From NCBI RefSeq assembly GCF_009914755.1, contig NC_060940.1: DNA of 64,000 nucleotides; one strand, written 5' to 3'. Below the pieces are notes generated by a model that worked only from the letters and a program-made list of their open reading frames with translations, ran no database searches and was not told the origin of the DNA. Shown piece by piece: positions 27,926 to 44,600 of this stretch (positions within the stretch are counted from its first letter, which is position 1; each line of letters opens with the position of its first letter). This DNA is from the human T2T-CHM13v2.0 reference genome, Homo sapiens. The translations under genes and the position numbers were made by a program.

Positions 27926-28974
27926 CTCTATTCTTCACTGTATTTCTTGGAATCAAAAATTTCTTCTAAAACAATGATGGTAACTAGGATTACATTTAGG
28001 AGGCTCATCCAGTATTTGAGGTCTAAGATGCAATATCAATTTCAACGTTGACTAAAAATCTTCACCCTGGCATTGAAACAATAGAACGGTGTCATCATGA
28101 CGGCCCAACTTTTGTACTCATGGTATAAAAAGATGGAAGTTAATCTACTTATGGTCTTTTTATGATCTTTTTTAGTTATACCTCTATTTGTCTTCTCTGA
28201 GAAATACAAGAAAATCATAATAGGATTATAGTATTTAAACAAACACCCAACTCTAACTAATTTCTGGATATATTTGTCATTTCTACCAGAGAAACAGGTT
28301 TCAGGGAATTGAAGAGTTATAAAAAATCCAAGCCTGAGACTGAGTAATTTAACTATTTTTAGTGATAGTGAACAGTAAATACATGACCAGAAATATAAAA
28401 TATTAACATCAAAGTGAAATATAGAAAGGCTCAGAAAGTATTGAGAGCCTAAAGGAATGTAGCAGAGGGTTTAACAGACTATAAAGCTCACAAGAGAACT
28501 CGACAAGAATCTAATGTTCAAAATAGTAAAAGTCAATCTTATATTTGTTTAACTCACTGAAAAATTCACTGTAGTCTGGACAGCCACAGTCTAAGACTTC
28601 AGCAGTGAAAATGTAATTAAGATATGCTAATATTGGACAAAAAAATTAAGACCCAGGAATGTGGAAATGCCTTCCATACCACTCAAGTGGGCAATACTTG
28701 AACATGGAATGGTGAGGTTTATTTGGCATGGTGGAAGAGGACTGTAGAACTGCAGAAGTCCTGAAGTCCTGAAAACTGTTTTTGTTATTAGAGAAGCAAT
28801 AAATCACAAAGCTTGGAAGCAGTTTCCGTTAATGGAGAAATCTCACAGACCTTGTCCCAGTCTGCATGCTGAGAACAAGAATAACTATTTTAGGGAAATT
28901 CTGTGAGCAAAATTCAGAGAAATTAACAAATCTGGTACAGATAAATTTGACAGCAGTTTCAAATACAGACTTCA

Positions 28975-29290
28975 TAGTAGGGGGATGATTAATGGATACA
29001 AAAATATAGTTAGGTAGAATGAAAAGGATCTAGTATTTGATAGCACAACAGGGTGACAACAGTCAACGATAATTTATTGTACATTTAAAAATAACTAAAA
29101 AGGTATAATTGGAATGTCTGCAACACGAAGAAAGGATAAATGCTTGAGGTGATGTATACCCCGTTTACCCTGATGTGATTATTATATATTGTACACCTGT
29201 ATCAAAATATCTCATGGGTCCCATAAATATATACACCTACTATGTACCCACAAAAACGAAAAAAAATGAAATAAAACAAAATCAAAAAGA
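28975..29290 (+). mobile_element. L1MA 3' UTR fragment
   Basis: GATCTAGTATTTGATAGCACAACAGGGTGAC...TATGTACCCACAAAAA. Confidence 0.85.
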
Positions 29291-29363
29291 AACTTCATAG
29301 CAGACCTAAAAAAAAAAAAAAAGTATCATGTTTCAGTGCAAAAAACAAACAAAAAAAAAAACA

Positions 29364-29660
29364 GGCCAGGGAGGGTGACTCACTCCTATAATCCCAGCAC
29401 TTTGGGAGGCTGAGGCAGGTGGATCACTTGAGGTCAGGCGTTCAAGACCAGCCTAGCCAACATAGTGAAGCTTCATCTCTACCAAAAATACAAAAAAAAT
29501 AGACGGGTGTGGTGGCGGGCACCTGTAATCCCAGCTACTTGAACCCGGGAGACAGAGGTTGCAGTGAGCCAAGATTGGGACACTGCACTCCAGCATGGGT
29601 GACAGAGCGAGAATCTGTCTCAAAAAAAAAAAAAAAGAAAAAGAAAACAACAACAACAAC
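29364..29660 (+). mobile_element. AluS with right-arm internal deletion
   Basis: The junction CCCAGCTACTTGAACCCGGG lacks GGGAGGCTGAGGCAGGAGAATCGC. Confidence 0.93.
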
Positions 29661-29661
29661 A

Positions 29662-29875
29662 TCTTTAAAGTCAGTAACTTCCGGTTTCCAATGCTGGCTC
29701 TGCCAATTTATAAGCTGTAAGAACTTGAACAAGTTTCTGGCTTGCTCAAAGACCAAGTTTTTTAAACCAAGAAAATAGAGCTATCTTCCTCACTGAGTTG
29801 TTGAAAGGATTCGCTCATGAACATAAAGAACTAAACTCAGTTCTGAGCACACAGTAAGGCCTAAATAGTACAAAT
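29662..29875 (+). mobile_element. MIR
   Basis: GGCTCTGCCAATTTATAAGCTGTAAGAACTTGAACAAGTT...GCACACAGTAAG. Confidence 0.65.
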
Positions 29876-30009
29876 TATTAAGAATAATTAGGAACACCTT
29901 TCCCAAAGGACCAGAAAATGATGGCTGGAACTAAAAAGTGAATATAAGATTGTTTTTATAAGGAGAACTGAAGATACATGAGAAAATATAATTTATGTAA
30001 TTAAACAGT

Positions 30010-31060
30010 GCTTCTATTCACAATAGCCAAGGTATGATGGACAAGCTAAATGTCCATCAACAAATGAATGGATAAAGAAAATGTGGTACATATGCAAATG
30101 GAATATTATTCAGCTATTTAAAAAGAATGAAATTCTATCATTTGCAACATTGATGGAACTGGAGGACATTATGTTAAATGAAATAGGCCAGAAACAGAAA
30201 GACAAGGCTGGGCATGGTGGCTCACACCTGTAATCCCAGCACTTTGGGACGCTAAGGCATTGGATCACCTGAAGTCAGGAGTTCGAGACCAGCATGGCCA
30301 ACATAATGAAACCTCGTCTGTACTAAAAATACAACAATTAGTCGGGCATGGTGGCACACACCTGTAATCCCAGCTACTCAGGAGGCTGAGGAACGAGACT
30401 TGCTTGAACTCAGGAGATGGGGGTTTCAGTGAGCCAAGATCGCATCACTGCACTCCAGCCTAGGTGACACAGCAAGACTCTGTTAAAAAAGAAAAGAAAA
30501 GAAAAGAAGGAGGGAAGGAAGGAAGGAAGGAAGGGAGGGAGGGAGGGAGGGAGGGAAGGAGGGAGGAAGGGGAAGAGGAAAGGAAGGGAGGAAAGGAAGG
30601 AAGGAAAGAAGGAAAGAGAGAGAGAGAGAAAGGAAGGAAGGAAGAATTCAACACGTTCTTATTCATATGTGGGAGCTATAAAGGTGATCTCATGGAGGAA
30701 GAGAATAGATGATGGTTACCAGAGGCTGAGGCTGGGAAGGGTAGAGGGGAAGGAGGGACTAAAATGGGTTGGTTAAGGGGTACAAAAACACAATTAGATA
30801 GAAGAAATTAGATCTAGTGTTGCACAGCAAAATAGGGTGACTATAGTTAACAACAATTTATTGCATATTTCAAAATAACTAAAAGAGGAGAACTGAAATG
30901 TTCCTAACACAAGGGAATGACAAACGTTTAAGGTGATGGAGATCCCAGTTACTGTGATTTGATCATTACGCATTGTATGCTTGCATCAAAATATCACATG
31001 AACCCCATAAATATGTACAATTATGATGTATTCATAAAAAATAATTTAAAAAAAATTAAA
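30010..31060 (+). mobile_element. L1MA 3' end, interrupted by an Alu
   Basis: AATGAATGGATAAAGAAAATGTGGTACATA...ATCAAAATATCACATGAACCCCATAAATATGTACAA. Confidence 0.88.
30206..30645 (+). mobile_element. AluS with (GGAA)n/(GGGA)n purine tail
   Basis: Full Alu followed by a ~160-bp polypurine tract. Confidence 0.95.
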
Positions 31061-31089
31061 TGGTGCTAATTTAAAGTGAATAATGAGGC

Positions 31090-31574
31090 TGTAATAGGTC
31101 TTCTCCAAAGACAGCCACCCTCAATTCCTCCTCTCCCTGTAGAAGTATGTCACTCTGCCTATCCAGAAGTTGAGTCCACTTCCCTTCCCCTTAATTTGGG
31201 TTGGCTCTTTAACTTCAGTGAGAGTGACACTGTGCCAGACCCAGGCCAACCCTTGAAGAAGCATGCTGCTACTGCTTTCCCCATTGAACCTCACTGCAGT
31301 GTAAGAAGTCTGACCAACTCAAGGCCTCCATGTTGCTAGGAGGCCCAACCTAGCAAATGACAAGCACACGTGGAGAAGCACCAAAGTCGAGACATTGAGC
31401 GAAGTTTTCTTGGAACTTCCAGCCTAGCCAAGATGCCAACTAAATGCAGCAACATGAGTAAACCCAGTTGACATATGAGGCAGGAAAACCACTCAGTTAA
31501 GCCCAGTCAACCCACAGACCCACAGAATCATGAGAAAAAAAACAATTAAAGTTTTGGGTAATAGACATGAAACA
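31090..31574 (+). mobile_element. MLT1 (F/G/H-like) LTR
   Basis: GAGTCCACTTCCCTTCCCCTT, GCCCAGTCAACCCACAG and AGAATCATGAG. Confidence 0.7.
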
Positions 31575-31677
31575 GAGTCTAAACCTGCCAACTATGAACT
31601 GTAATTATCTGTAGCCTAAGACCATCAGAAGCTGCTAATCAAATCATCTTTATTCTCTCTCTCCTTCTGTCTCTCTC

Positions 31678-31950
31678 TCTTATTTTTTAAGAGACAGTGT
31701 ATCACTCTACTGTCCAGGCTTGAGAGCAGTGACATAATCATAGCTCAATGCAACCTCCAATTCCTGGGCTTCAGTGAACCTCCCACCTCAGCCTCCAAGC
31801 ACCACGATACCCGGCTGTTTTTTTATTATTTTTTATAGAAACAGGGTCTCACTATGTTGCCAAGGCTGGTCTCAAACTCCTGGCCTCAAGCTATCCTCCT
31901 TTCTCACACTCTCAAAGTGCTGGGATTACAGGCGCCACCCATGTCCAGCC
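31678..31950 (-). mobile_element. AluJ with internal deletions
   Basis: Antisense Alu motifs. Confidence 0.85.
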
Positions 31951-33739
31951 TTGTCTTTCCCCTCTTAACAGATTATTATTGGTGTAGGTGCACTAGGAGC
32001 TGTGATTCCAAAAACAATTTTCTTTGTAGGACAACCCCAGATTCACTGGTTAGAGGCTACAAGAAGGGACCCAGCCAGTGAAAACAGCCAGAATGCTTCT
32101 GGTAAAAGGGCAATTCTTTCTCACTACAGATGAAAGAATGTTTTATTAAAAATCTTTCTGACAGAGCTCATAGAAAAACAACTTGCAACTTATGTCTCAC
32201 TTTCAGGAAATCTGAATTTATTACCAAAAGCCACTTGGCTAATATTTTTTCTCTCCCTACACAGAACTGATATTTAAGATACAACCACAGTCAGCCCTTT
32301 CAAATTCATAACTTCACTGGGATTTGATTTATGGTTTCAGGACATGTTGGACTCAGGATATTCCTCCCTTTTGTGAATAATAAATTAATTAACTAGCAGC
32401 CAATGCCATGATGGCATAAAATGGTTCAAAAACACAAGATTATTCGACAGACATGGAGTCCTTGAAATGCTTGGCCTTCTCTTTTGTAATTCTCTTTCTT
32501 TCCTTAGAGTAAAATCATTCTTACTCTTTAAATGACTTGGCTGTCTTATTATCACCTTCAACTAATTATGGAATATAAAAAAGTTTTCCACCCCTTCCCA
32601 CAAATTTTCTCCCTGACCCATTTCCCACACACTGTGGCAGGAGATGGTATGAAGAATAATTCTGGGCATAAAAGCTTTTCAGGTCTTTAATAACATGAAC
32701 TCACCTCCATTAATTAGGTGGAAATATTTCTCTGATTTGCTGCCTGTGACCTTGCTCTTAATAGCCTTCAATGAAGCCACCGCGGCTTTCACTCTCTACA
32801 ATTTCAAGACAGTTATTTACTGGTTTATTCCTTTTACTCCATCATTTATCTTCATAAAATAAAATAAGTTCCAAATTAAGCAAATTTTAAATAGCAGTTT
32901 CTAATAGCCAGGCCAGGAAGACTTAACTTTTGATCTCACGATGACCTGTTTTTACATTCAAAGCGGCATTTATTTTCACACACATCTTCCAAAGAGAATG
33001 AAAGAAAGGGGCTTGATTTTTAAAATATAGAGACCAAAAATTAAAAAAAAAAACTTAAGAGAAACTTTCATTAAATATCGAGTGGGAGCCAATTATGTGC
33101 CAGTCATATCCCGAGTTGTGGGAATAAAAAGATGAAATAATCCCAACCTTTAGGATGTCCATGGGTTAATACAGGAAATGACTCTGAACAACAAGCTACG
33201 TCAAACACTGTAGGAAAGGAAAATCTGACAATGAAATAAGTGCCGTAAAGGGCTAGGAATGAAAGACTGACTATGCAGAGATGAAGCTGGAGGTGAGGAG
33301 GAAGAGAACAGAAGCCTGGAAGCACCACGCACCTTCAGGAAATGTTAAGAATGAGTATGATGATGAGCAGGTCTCAGAAGGTGTGATGGTTAATACTGAG
33401 TGTCAACTTAATTGGATTGAAGGATACAAATTATCAATCCTGGGTGTGTCTGTGAGGGTGTTGCCAAAGGAGATTAACATTTGAGTCAATGGGCTGGGAA
33501 AGGCAGACTCACCCTTAATCTGGATGGGCACCATCTAATCAGCTGCCAGCGCACCTAGAATATAAGAAGGCAGAAAAATGTGAAGAGAGAGACTGGCCTA
33601 GCCTCCCAGCCTACATCTTTCTCCCAAAGCTAGATGCTTCCTCCCCTTGAACACTGGACTCCAAGTTCTTCAGTTTTGGAACTCGGACTGGCTCTCCTTG
33701 TTCTTCAGCCTGCAGATGTCCTATTGTGGGACCCTGTGA

Positions 33740-35150
<1,411 letters not shown>

Positions 35151-35246
35151 CCTTTCTGCTTAAAAAAATACTTAATAAACTCCCATATATATATATTCCA
35201 TTAGTTCTGTCCCTCTAGAGAATCCTGACTAATACAGAAGGGAAGC

Positions 35247-35689
35247 TGGATTCACTTTCTAGAAAGTGGTACAACAAGTCACCATGTCCTGGACGGCTCC
35301 AAATAATAGAAGTTCATTCTCTCACAGTTCTGGAGGCCATGCGTTCAAAATCAAGGTGTTGACACGATGGGTTCCTTCTGAAGGCTGTGGGGGAGAATGT
35401 CTTTTGACTTTCTCCTACCTCGTGGTGGCTCCAGGTGGTCCTCGGCATTCCTTAGTGTGCAGCCGCACCACTCCAATCTCTCCTGCATTGTTACATGGTG
35501 TCTCTCCACGTGTATCTTCATGTGGTCTTCTTACAAGGACATTCATTGTGGGGATTAGGGCGTTAAGGCCCACCCTAACCCAATAGGACCTCATCCTAAC
35601 TAATGACATCTGCAGCCACATAAGGTGACATTTGGAGGTGCCAGGTGGAGATGAATGAATGTTGGGGGGACACTATTCAACCCAGGACA
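35247..35689 (-). mobile_element. MLT1B/C-like LTR
   Basis: TTCTCTCACAGTTCTGGAGGCC...AAATCAAGGTGTTG...GACCTCATCCTAACTAATGACATCTGCA...GGGGACACTATTCAACCC. Confidence 0.85.
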
Positions 35690-35938
35690 GAGGCCATGCT
35701 GAGTCTGAATGCAGTGAGGCTAGTGTTCCCAAGTGCCAACTGTCACAAAGCACACTTCACAATTTTTGTCATTTCTATAAGCAACCCACTCTTCTATTTT
35801 GCTTCATTGTATTTTAAATTTTTATTAGGTCAGCTTTCTCCCTCTTCTTTTTTTTTTTTTTTTTTTACTTATATACATTTAAGAGGAAGCATCATATCAC
35901 TACTACAAATGGAAAATACTGCTTGCCATTCTATAAAA

Positions 35939-36387
35939 AAGCGGTCCCCTACCTTTTTGGCACTAGGGATTGGTTTCATGGAAGACAATTTTCTCATCAT
36001 CTGTGGGAGGACAGGGATGATTTCAGAATTAAACTATTCCACCTCTCAGAGGCTGCAGTGAGCCGAGACCCTGCCATTGCACTCCAGCCTGGGCAACAGA
36101 GCGAGACTACATCTTAAGAAAAAAAAAAAAAAATTCCACCTCAGATCATCAGGCACATCAGACATTACATTCTCATAAGAAGCACGCAACCTAGACCTCT
36201 TGCATGCACAGTTCACAATAGGGTTGTTCATGTTCCTTTGAGAATCTAATGCCTCTGCTGATCTCACAGGAGGTGAAGCTCAGGTGGTAATGCTCGCTTG
36301 CCCACCAGTGAACTCTGGCTGTGGGGTCTGGTTCCTAACAAGCCACAGACTGGTACAAGTCAGTGGCCCAGGAGTTGAGGTCCCTTG
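35939..36387 (+). mobile_element. MER1B hAT-Charlie DNA transposon containing an Alu fragment
   Basis: GCGGTCCCCTACCTTTTTGGCACTAGGGA...TTTCATGGAAGACAATTTT...CAGTTCACAATAGGGTT...GTTGAGGTCCCTTG. Confidence 0.9.
36046..36132 (+). mobile_element. Heavily 5'-truncated Alu (3' ~70 nt plus poly(A))
   Basis: TSD ATTCCACCTC at 36036-36045 and 36133-36142. Confidence 0.92.
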
Positions 36388-36509
36388 CTCTAAGGTATCC
36401 ATAAAATGTTTATCAAATTTTTAATGAAAATAGAATTTTAATAATGAAATACACAGCATAATAAATCTGACTGAATTATAAAAATGCATACCCCAAAATA
36501 GATTCCTCA

Positions 36510-37045
<536 letters not shown>

Positions 37046-37246
37046 AAGAAGCCTTCTGACCAAAGCACCAGAAACTTGTTCTACCTAGATGTTTCAAGTA
37101 TTTGGTAATATGTGAAAAATAATGAATGAAAGATCCTTATATACTCACCCCTGGCACACAATTTGAGAAAATCCTTGCAAGGACCTTCTGGCAAGTTCCA
37201 GTGTCTCCTCATAATGTTCACAATTGTTGATGAGTTCTTCAGATGG

Positions 37247-37575
<329 letters not shown>

Positions 37576-37654
37576 TAGATGGATTAATAACCAGGTCTTT
37601 CAGAAAAGGCCTTCCATATTGTTGAACAGATGAATGGGGTTAAAGGGTCCAGCT

Positions 37655-37820
37655 TATAATGATAACTGCTACCATTACTCAGCACTACTATATCTAGGCA
37701 TTGCATAAAGCCACCAGTATGCATTTTCTCATTTAACTTTCACAACACCTTCAAAGTAGCTACTATTATCTGCTGGGGAAACTGAGGCTCAGAGAGATGG
37801 TGAGATTTGGCTGAAGCTTA
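37655..37820 (-). mobile_element. MIR
   Basis: TCTCATTTAACTTTCACAACACC...GGGGAAACTGAGGCTCAGAGAG. Confidence 0.8.
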
Positions 37821-38127
37821 TATTACCCTTAAAGAGAAAAGTGACAACTCCAACCTAGGTGGGAGCTTCTAGCACCTATGATCTCATGCGAACATGAACC
37901 AGAATTGCGTGCTACATCTCCATCTCACTTTTCCTATAACAGCTTGTCTCCAGATCCCAGAACTGGCCTCAGGCACCAGGCCAGGGCTGCTTCTGCCTGG
38001 GGAATCCATGTGGCTGGGCTGCAGGAAAATCCATGGTGGGATGAGGAGCCAGTTGGGGGCTGGAAAGCAGAGGGGAAGGGTGGGTCTCTGAGAGTGAAAG
38101 AAGCGAATGCCTAAATTAGGGCCATCA

Positions 38128-38410
38128 GCCGGCACGGTGGCTCACACCTGTAATCTCAGCACTTTGGGAGGCTGAGGCAGGCAGACCACCTGAGGTCAGG
38201 AGTTTGAGACCAGCTTGGCCAACATGGTGAAACCCTGTTTCTCCTAAAAATACAAAAATTAGCTGAGCGTCGTGGCGTGCAGCATAAGAATTGCTTGAAC
38301 CCTGGAGGCGGAGGTTGCAGTGAGCCGAGATCGCGCCACTGCACTCTAGCCTGAGCAACAGAGAGAGATTCCATCTCAAAAATAAATACATACATAATAA
38401 AAATAAAAAA
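38128..38410 (+). mobile_element. AluS with right-arm deletion
   Basis: Junction GTGGCGTGC|AGCATAAGAATTGCTTGAACC. Confidence 0.92.
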
Positions 38411-38845
38411 CACCTGTCATTTCTCAGGGATTTCTGAAGCATTCTGCTTTGTGCCTGTGAAAAGTCTAGGAGTGAGATGTTATTTTCCCTTCTAGGTTTT
38501 ATCCTCTGCAGCTAAAGACATCTAGAACATTTGAACTTTGTATTTTTATGAGGCTTCTTTCAAAGCATGTTGACAGTGCAGCTCATGGTCTAGTTACAAA
38601 TTGAGAATTTGTGGTACTTTCTAGAAACACATAATTGTGAGATCAACCAAAACCTGGAAGAAAAGTTCCAGGATAAACATAGAGCGACAGTTCCTATAAA
38701 CAATTCAGGAAGCATCTTTTTCTGGGCAGTTTCCTTCATAAATGCATAAAATCAATGCATTTACTTGTAAATCATTATTTACAAGTAGAAGTTACATACA
38801 AATGCAAGGTCTCATACTCAAGGAGTTTACAGACTCCTCTTATGT

Positions 38846-38850
38846 ACACT

Positions 38851-38900
<50 letters not shown>
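38846..38900. repeat. (CA)n microsatellite
   Basis: Directly visible CA run. Confidence 0.98.
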
Positions 38901-38901
<1 letters not shown>

Positions 38902-38909
38902 CCTCTTTC

Positions 38910-39221
38910 TGCAAATGCCTGGGACTCTGTCTAAGAGCTTTCTCTGGCCACAAGACCTGAAGTCCTTAGGAAAGTAATTCCTTGGTGAGCAGCCCTTGAC
39001 CAATGACCAGTGAAATACAGTAGAGAGAAAGCCCAGCTTCCTTGTTCCTCAGGCAGGACAACTCTGGGATATATGCTGTAGAGTTCCTCCAAGGTCTTCA
39101 GTAGAACTGAGCCCCAGTTGCCCTCAATAGTCACCTTCTTTTTAATGCAACTTGACTGGCCTTTTTCCCTCCCCTGTCTCACTTCCCCATACCCTTCCTG
39201 GAGTCACTTTCCAAATACCTG
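38910..39221 (+). mobile_element. LTR16A/C-like ERVL LTR (resumes briefly after 40028)
   Basis: GCAGCCCTTGACCAATGAC, GAGCCCCAGTTGCCC and CCCTGTCTCACTTCCCCA. Confidence 0.7.
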
Positions 39222-40028
39222 TGATACAGGAGAGTTCCCTGACTCCCCTCACAGGATGTGCAATAGGGGTGTGGCTCATCTTTTTGGGCACTGCTGCTCA
39301 AACCTCTTATGGGAGGGGGAACATGCAGATAGGCAGGTGCAGGAGCCAGGGCGCTGGACTCTGGCCCCATGGCAGCATCTAGGAGTGGGAGCCTGTGACT
39401 CCCAAAGCCCAAATGGGAGTGTGCTACAGTGCGCTCTTTTAGCCTTGCCATCTGTGGATGGCTTAAGTGTTAACCAGCTCAGTGGACCCTCTACATTTTT
39501 GTAAGCGCACAGGGCCACTATGACAGCACAGGGCCAGTATGACAGCTTTCTGTATCTCAAGCTCTCGTCCAGCATCCTGGAAGAATCGGGTCACACACGG
39601 ACTTGAAAGATGAATGCAGGGGTTTTATTCAGTGGTGGAGGTGGCTCTCAGTGGGATGGATGGGGAGCTAGAAGGGGGATGGAGTGGGAAGATGATCTTC
39701 CCCTGGAGTCTGGTTGTCCAGCAGCCTATCTCCTCTGATCAACCCCAGCCAAATTCCTCTCGACATTCAGACTCCTATTCTCTTTTCTCTGCTGTGCCGT
39801 CTGCTCTTCCATTTGTCTGATCATCTCCTTGTCTGCTTCTGGAGCCTGGGGTCTGGGGTTTATGTGGGTACAGCCTAGGGGGTGTGGTGGGCCAAAAGGC
39901 AGATTTTGGGTGCAAAAACAGGAATGCCTTTCCTCATTTAAGGCCATGGGTATCCAGGCTTGAGGGTGGGCCTTTGCCAAGGAACTGCCCTCTTCTACCC
40001 AGTATTTCCCTATCTTCTGTCTGTATTA
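39222..40028 (-). mobile_element. ERV1 solo LTR of the LTR1/LTR27/LTR28/MER52 group
   Basis: The minus strand begins TAATACAGACAGAAGATAGGGAAATACTGGGTAGAAGAGGGCAGTTCC; TSD CCTG / CCTA. Confidence 0.8.
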
Positions 40029-40429
40029 CCTACACTCAAAGTTGGGGACTATTGAGAAAATAAGGTGGGTTTAAAAGAACTGTCACCAGGTTAGTGATGG
40101 CAGCAAATTACTAAATATGATTGCAAAATCTCATTAACCAGATACTCTGTTGCTGGACAGTGCTAATAACTTTTGGCTTCTTTCACTATCATCTATACAA
40201 AAGAGAAGAAACTCTGGTGGGCCGGAGAAAATAGCCTTCACTTTCATGTATAACACAGAGGAAATTCTCAGTCAAGGCTCAATCAAGAAAATAGAAGTCC
40301 ATGCCTGGAATTTTAATGCAGGATATTTTATATAGGGAAGTACTTATAAAGGGGCTGGAAAAACAAATAGTCAAAGAAAAGAATGAGACAATGGAGACAT
40401 TTGCAACAGAAAGAAACCACTCTCCGGTT

Positions 40430-41315
<886 letters not shown>

Positions 41316-41353
41316 GGAAGGGAGGGAGGGAGGGAGAAAGAAAAGAAGGAAAG

Positions 41354-41680
41354 GGCCGGGCACGGTGCCTCACGCCTGTAATCCCAACACTAGGAGGCTG
41401 AGGTGGGTGGATCACATGAGGTCAAGAGTTTGAGACCAGCCTGGCCAACAGGGTGAAATGCCATTTCCACTAAAAATACAAAAATTAGCCAGGCATGGTG
41501 GCACGTGCCTGTAATCCCAGCTACTTGGGAGGCTGAGGCAGGAGAATCTCTTGAGCCTTGGAAGCGGAGGTTGCAGTGAGCTGAGATCACACGCCACTGC
41601 TTTCCAAGCTGAGCAACAGCGACAGAATGAGACTCTGTCTCAAAAAAAAAAAAAAAAAAGAAAAAGAAAAGAAAAGAAGG
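41354..41680 (+). mobile_element. AluS
   Basis: Full Alu flanked by AAGAAAAGAAGGAA. Confidence 0.95.
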
Positions 41681-44600
41681 AAGGAGAAAAAGGAGCCACA
41701 ATCATTGATCACCTCTTGGGAAAGAGAGACAAAGAGATGAGGTTTTACCAGAACTTAAGAGCCAGGCCCCCTAGCAGAAACTGGAGCCACTACAGAAGGA
41801 GCATGTGGTGGGAGCTGGCCCCAGGGAGGGGACACAGTCACAGCCAGGCACTCATTAATAAGCAGAACCCCCTGATTTTTCCCTTCCTCCCGCCCACAAT
41901 TCTCTTGGTATTGGCCAATCCTGGCCACAAACCAGTTAGCAGGGGAATCTGAGAAATGTGGTTTGCAGGTGTTGGCCCTATGATACAGAGAAGAGTAGGG
42001 AAGGGCAGTGTATTTGTCTGCAAACAAACAGGCAGACACCTTGCAGAGACCCCTATCACTTCAAACATGAAACTCTTCCTTGTTGAGATTATGAATACAA
42101 CCTAGGCAACAGGATGGGTAGTGTCACTTGTGAAAACTCAACACAAGCCCTCAATGAATGCTTTTTTGGAGATAACAGAGGAATAAGAGGAGGAAGGGAA
42201 TAATTATTTCAGAAGTAGTTACAACATGAAAATGGGAGCACAAGCCTTCCTTTAACCCAAATGGATACTCTCATTGGGTCTTACATTTCACAAATATCTT
42301 TGAGCACCCTAGGGATACAGTGAAAGTGACACTGTCCTTCCCTCAAGGAGATTATTAAGGAACTCTCAGTATATGGAAGGAAAAAAATATTAACCAGGCC
42401 TGGTTAACATAAATCAAAAATTCAGGAATCATAACAGAATGGGAAGTGTTTATTTACATGTACATTTGAATAGTGCCTCTCTACCAAATACCTCAAAGAG
42501 CTTAAAACTGGAAGGACATCCTTTGGAAGTGTGTCAAGGAATCCTCCATTCTCACTGAATTTCAATCTGTCTAAACATCATTACCTCTGGGCACGCTGCA
42601 GTTTTCTTAAACCATATTCCCACACACCTATCCCCTGCTAACATAATTGCTGCTCATTTTGGTATACTGCAAGGAATAACCTGCTTAAACGCAGAACAGA
42701 ACTTGTAGCTTAAACTTCCCAATGAGAACAACTGGGGAGAAAACAAAGTCAGACTGAGACTGATCATAGTTTCTGTAAACCCTTCAGGACATTTAACATT
42801 CCCAGGCAGATATGGCTCCAAACCAACTCTTGACATTCAAATGGCCAGTTATTATTCTGACATCTGTGAGCTGTTGCACCTTGCTGTTAATTTCATCCCT
42901 AGAAATAGTGTTGGAGAAGAATCGACTCTTATAGACATTAATTTGAACTGAGGCTAGATTCCTGCTGACTATACGAATACCTTTACTCTAGGGTATATGT
43001 CATACCTTGAAGAAATCCTAAAACAGAATTATTAAAGATGTCTTTCCTTAAAAAAAAGTCAGAAGGTTCTTTTTCCTTTATATAAGCAAGTGTATCACAA
43101 AAGCAAATTTCCTTTTTTTGCTTAAGGCCAAAACAATGTCAAATAAAATAAAGCAAAAGATAAACACATACCTCTGAGGCCATTCTTGTCTCATTTCCAC
43201 CTTTCCTCTTGGATAATTCTCAATATTAACACAGCGTGGGAGGGTGAGGTGACCAGAATTGGGAAAGGGCAAGAGGGAGAATTTAGCAAAAGAGCAAATG
43301 CAACTACTACTGCATTGCAAGCTTATGCAAATATTTCCAAAGATAAAATATTTCAAAGCAAATCCATAAATAATAAAGAACCGAGTCACCATTATAGTAA
43401 AGTCACACTTTTCAATAGTTTACTAAAACATACCATTTATTTTGAGCTCTAGCCATACATCAAAGCACAGCATAAAAACTAAACGTTTTGCTTCTCAAAA
43501 TGTATTTATGAAAAGTAGAGCTGTATCAAGCAATAAACATAGCCAGTTTTGTTCTTGGATCTTGCCAGCTGTGTACACCTCAAGTAGAAGCTCATTTGGC
43601 TGCAAGACTTTGAAGTGGTTTTCCTTCTTTCCAGAGCTCCAAAGGAAAACTATCAACAATTGATGATATATGGGTACGAATCAAAATTGCTGATCAACAT
43701 CTTAAAACACAGAAAAGCACTACCAAACATAAAATTTACTCCAAAAGTGACTTTAAATTCTTCCTTTAATTCATTTCATGAAGACAATTCCCAATTACCA
43801 GCTTGTTTTGTTTTCATGTTCTTACTGAAATAATTAACCAGAATAAATTAAAAATTATAGAAGTTGTGGTATTCCTTATCTCTTGATTACTTATACTGTG
43901 GTACAGCCCAGCTGGGAGTTTTAAACTAAAATACTTAATCATCTCATTCACACGGAAGAATATGTAAAACAGAAATATAGAAAGAATGGTCCACTCTTCC
44001 GAGAGTGTTTTGTGCCTACTTAATATGGAAAGAAAATCATGGGAATACTCTGGGCAGATGAAGAATCATAAAGTGGAAGATGGGCATGTTGGCTGGAGTG
44101 TTTGTGAAATTACTAAACGTTGAAGATACCTGGTATTCATATGTTCATACAAATGCACAACAGCAAATCATTTTGCATAATCTTTTCCTTTAATGTGACA
44201 ATAAAAACTGACTATGAAACACCACACTCAGGTTACCACTGATTCTAAAATAAAGATGTGGATTATATCTGTGCACCATATCTGAGATTCTCAGATGTTA
44301 CTGTTAGCACTTTCTATTGGTCCCACACAATTTAGTGACAAATAATACAATGTCTTAGGTTATTGTTTGGTATATTGATCCCATCTTGATAACTAGATTA
44401 AATATTCCTCTATACTCTCAAATTTCCTTACACATATAACAGGTACTCAAATAAATACTTCCTGACAGATAGGCATGTCTGTCTAAATTAGAGGTTTCTA
44501 TCCTATAAATATACTGGCTGATATCCAATTCTCAGTTTCATTTTGTTGTTTTAATAGCCAAAAGTTTATGTCTACATATCAGGAACACTCATATCAAAAT

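Noticed and set aside
28066-28196. Possible minus-strand exon (TTTCTCAG acceptor, open frame EKTNRGITKK...)
   Set aside because: The donor AGG|GTGAAG is weak and the peptide is unrecognisable, so support is insufficient.
30460-30712. Low-complexity K/E/G/R-rich and P/S/F-rich ORFs (also 18522-18772 and 21469-21802)
   Set aside because: They are translations of purine-rich or (TA/TG)n simple repeats.
43620-43680. Possible 39-nt plus-strand exon after TTTTCCTTCTTTCCAG
   Set aside because: The acceptor is good but the donor (GG|GTACGA) is poor, and there is no corroborating evidence.
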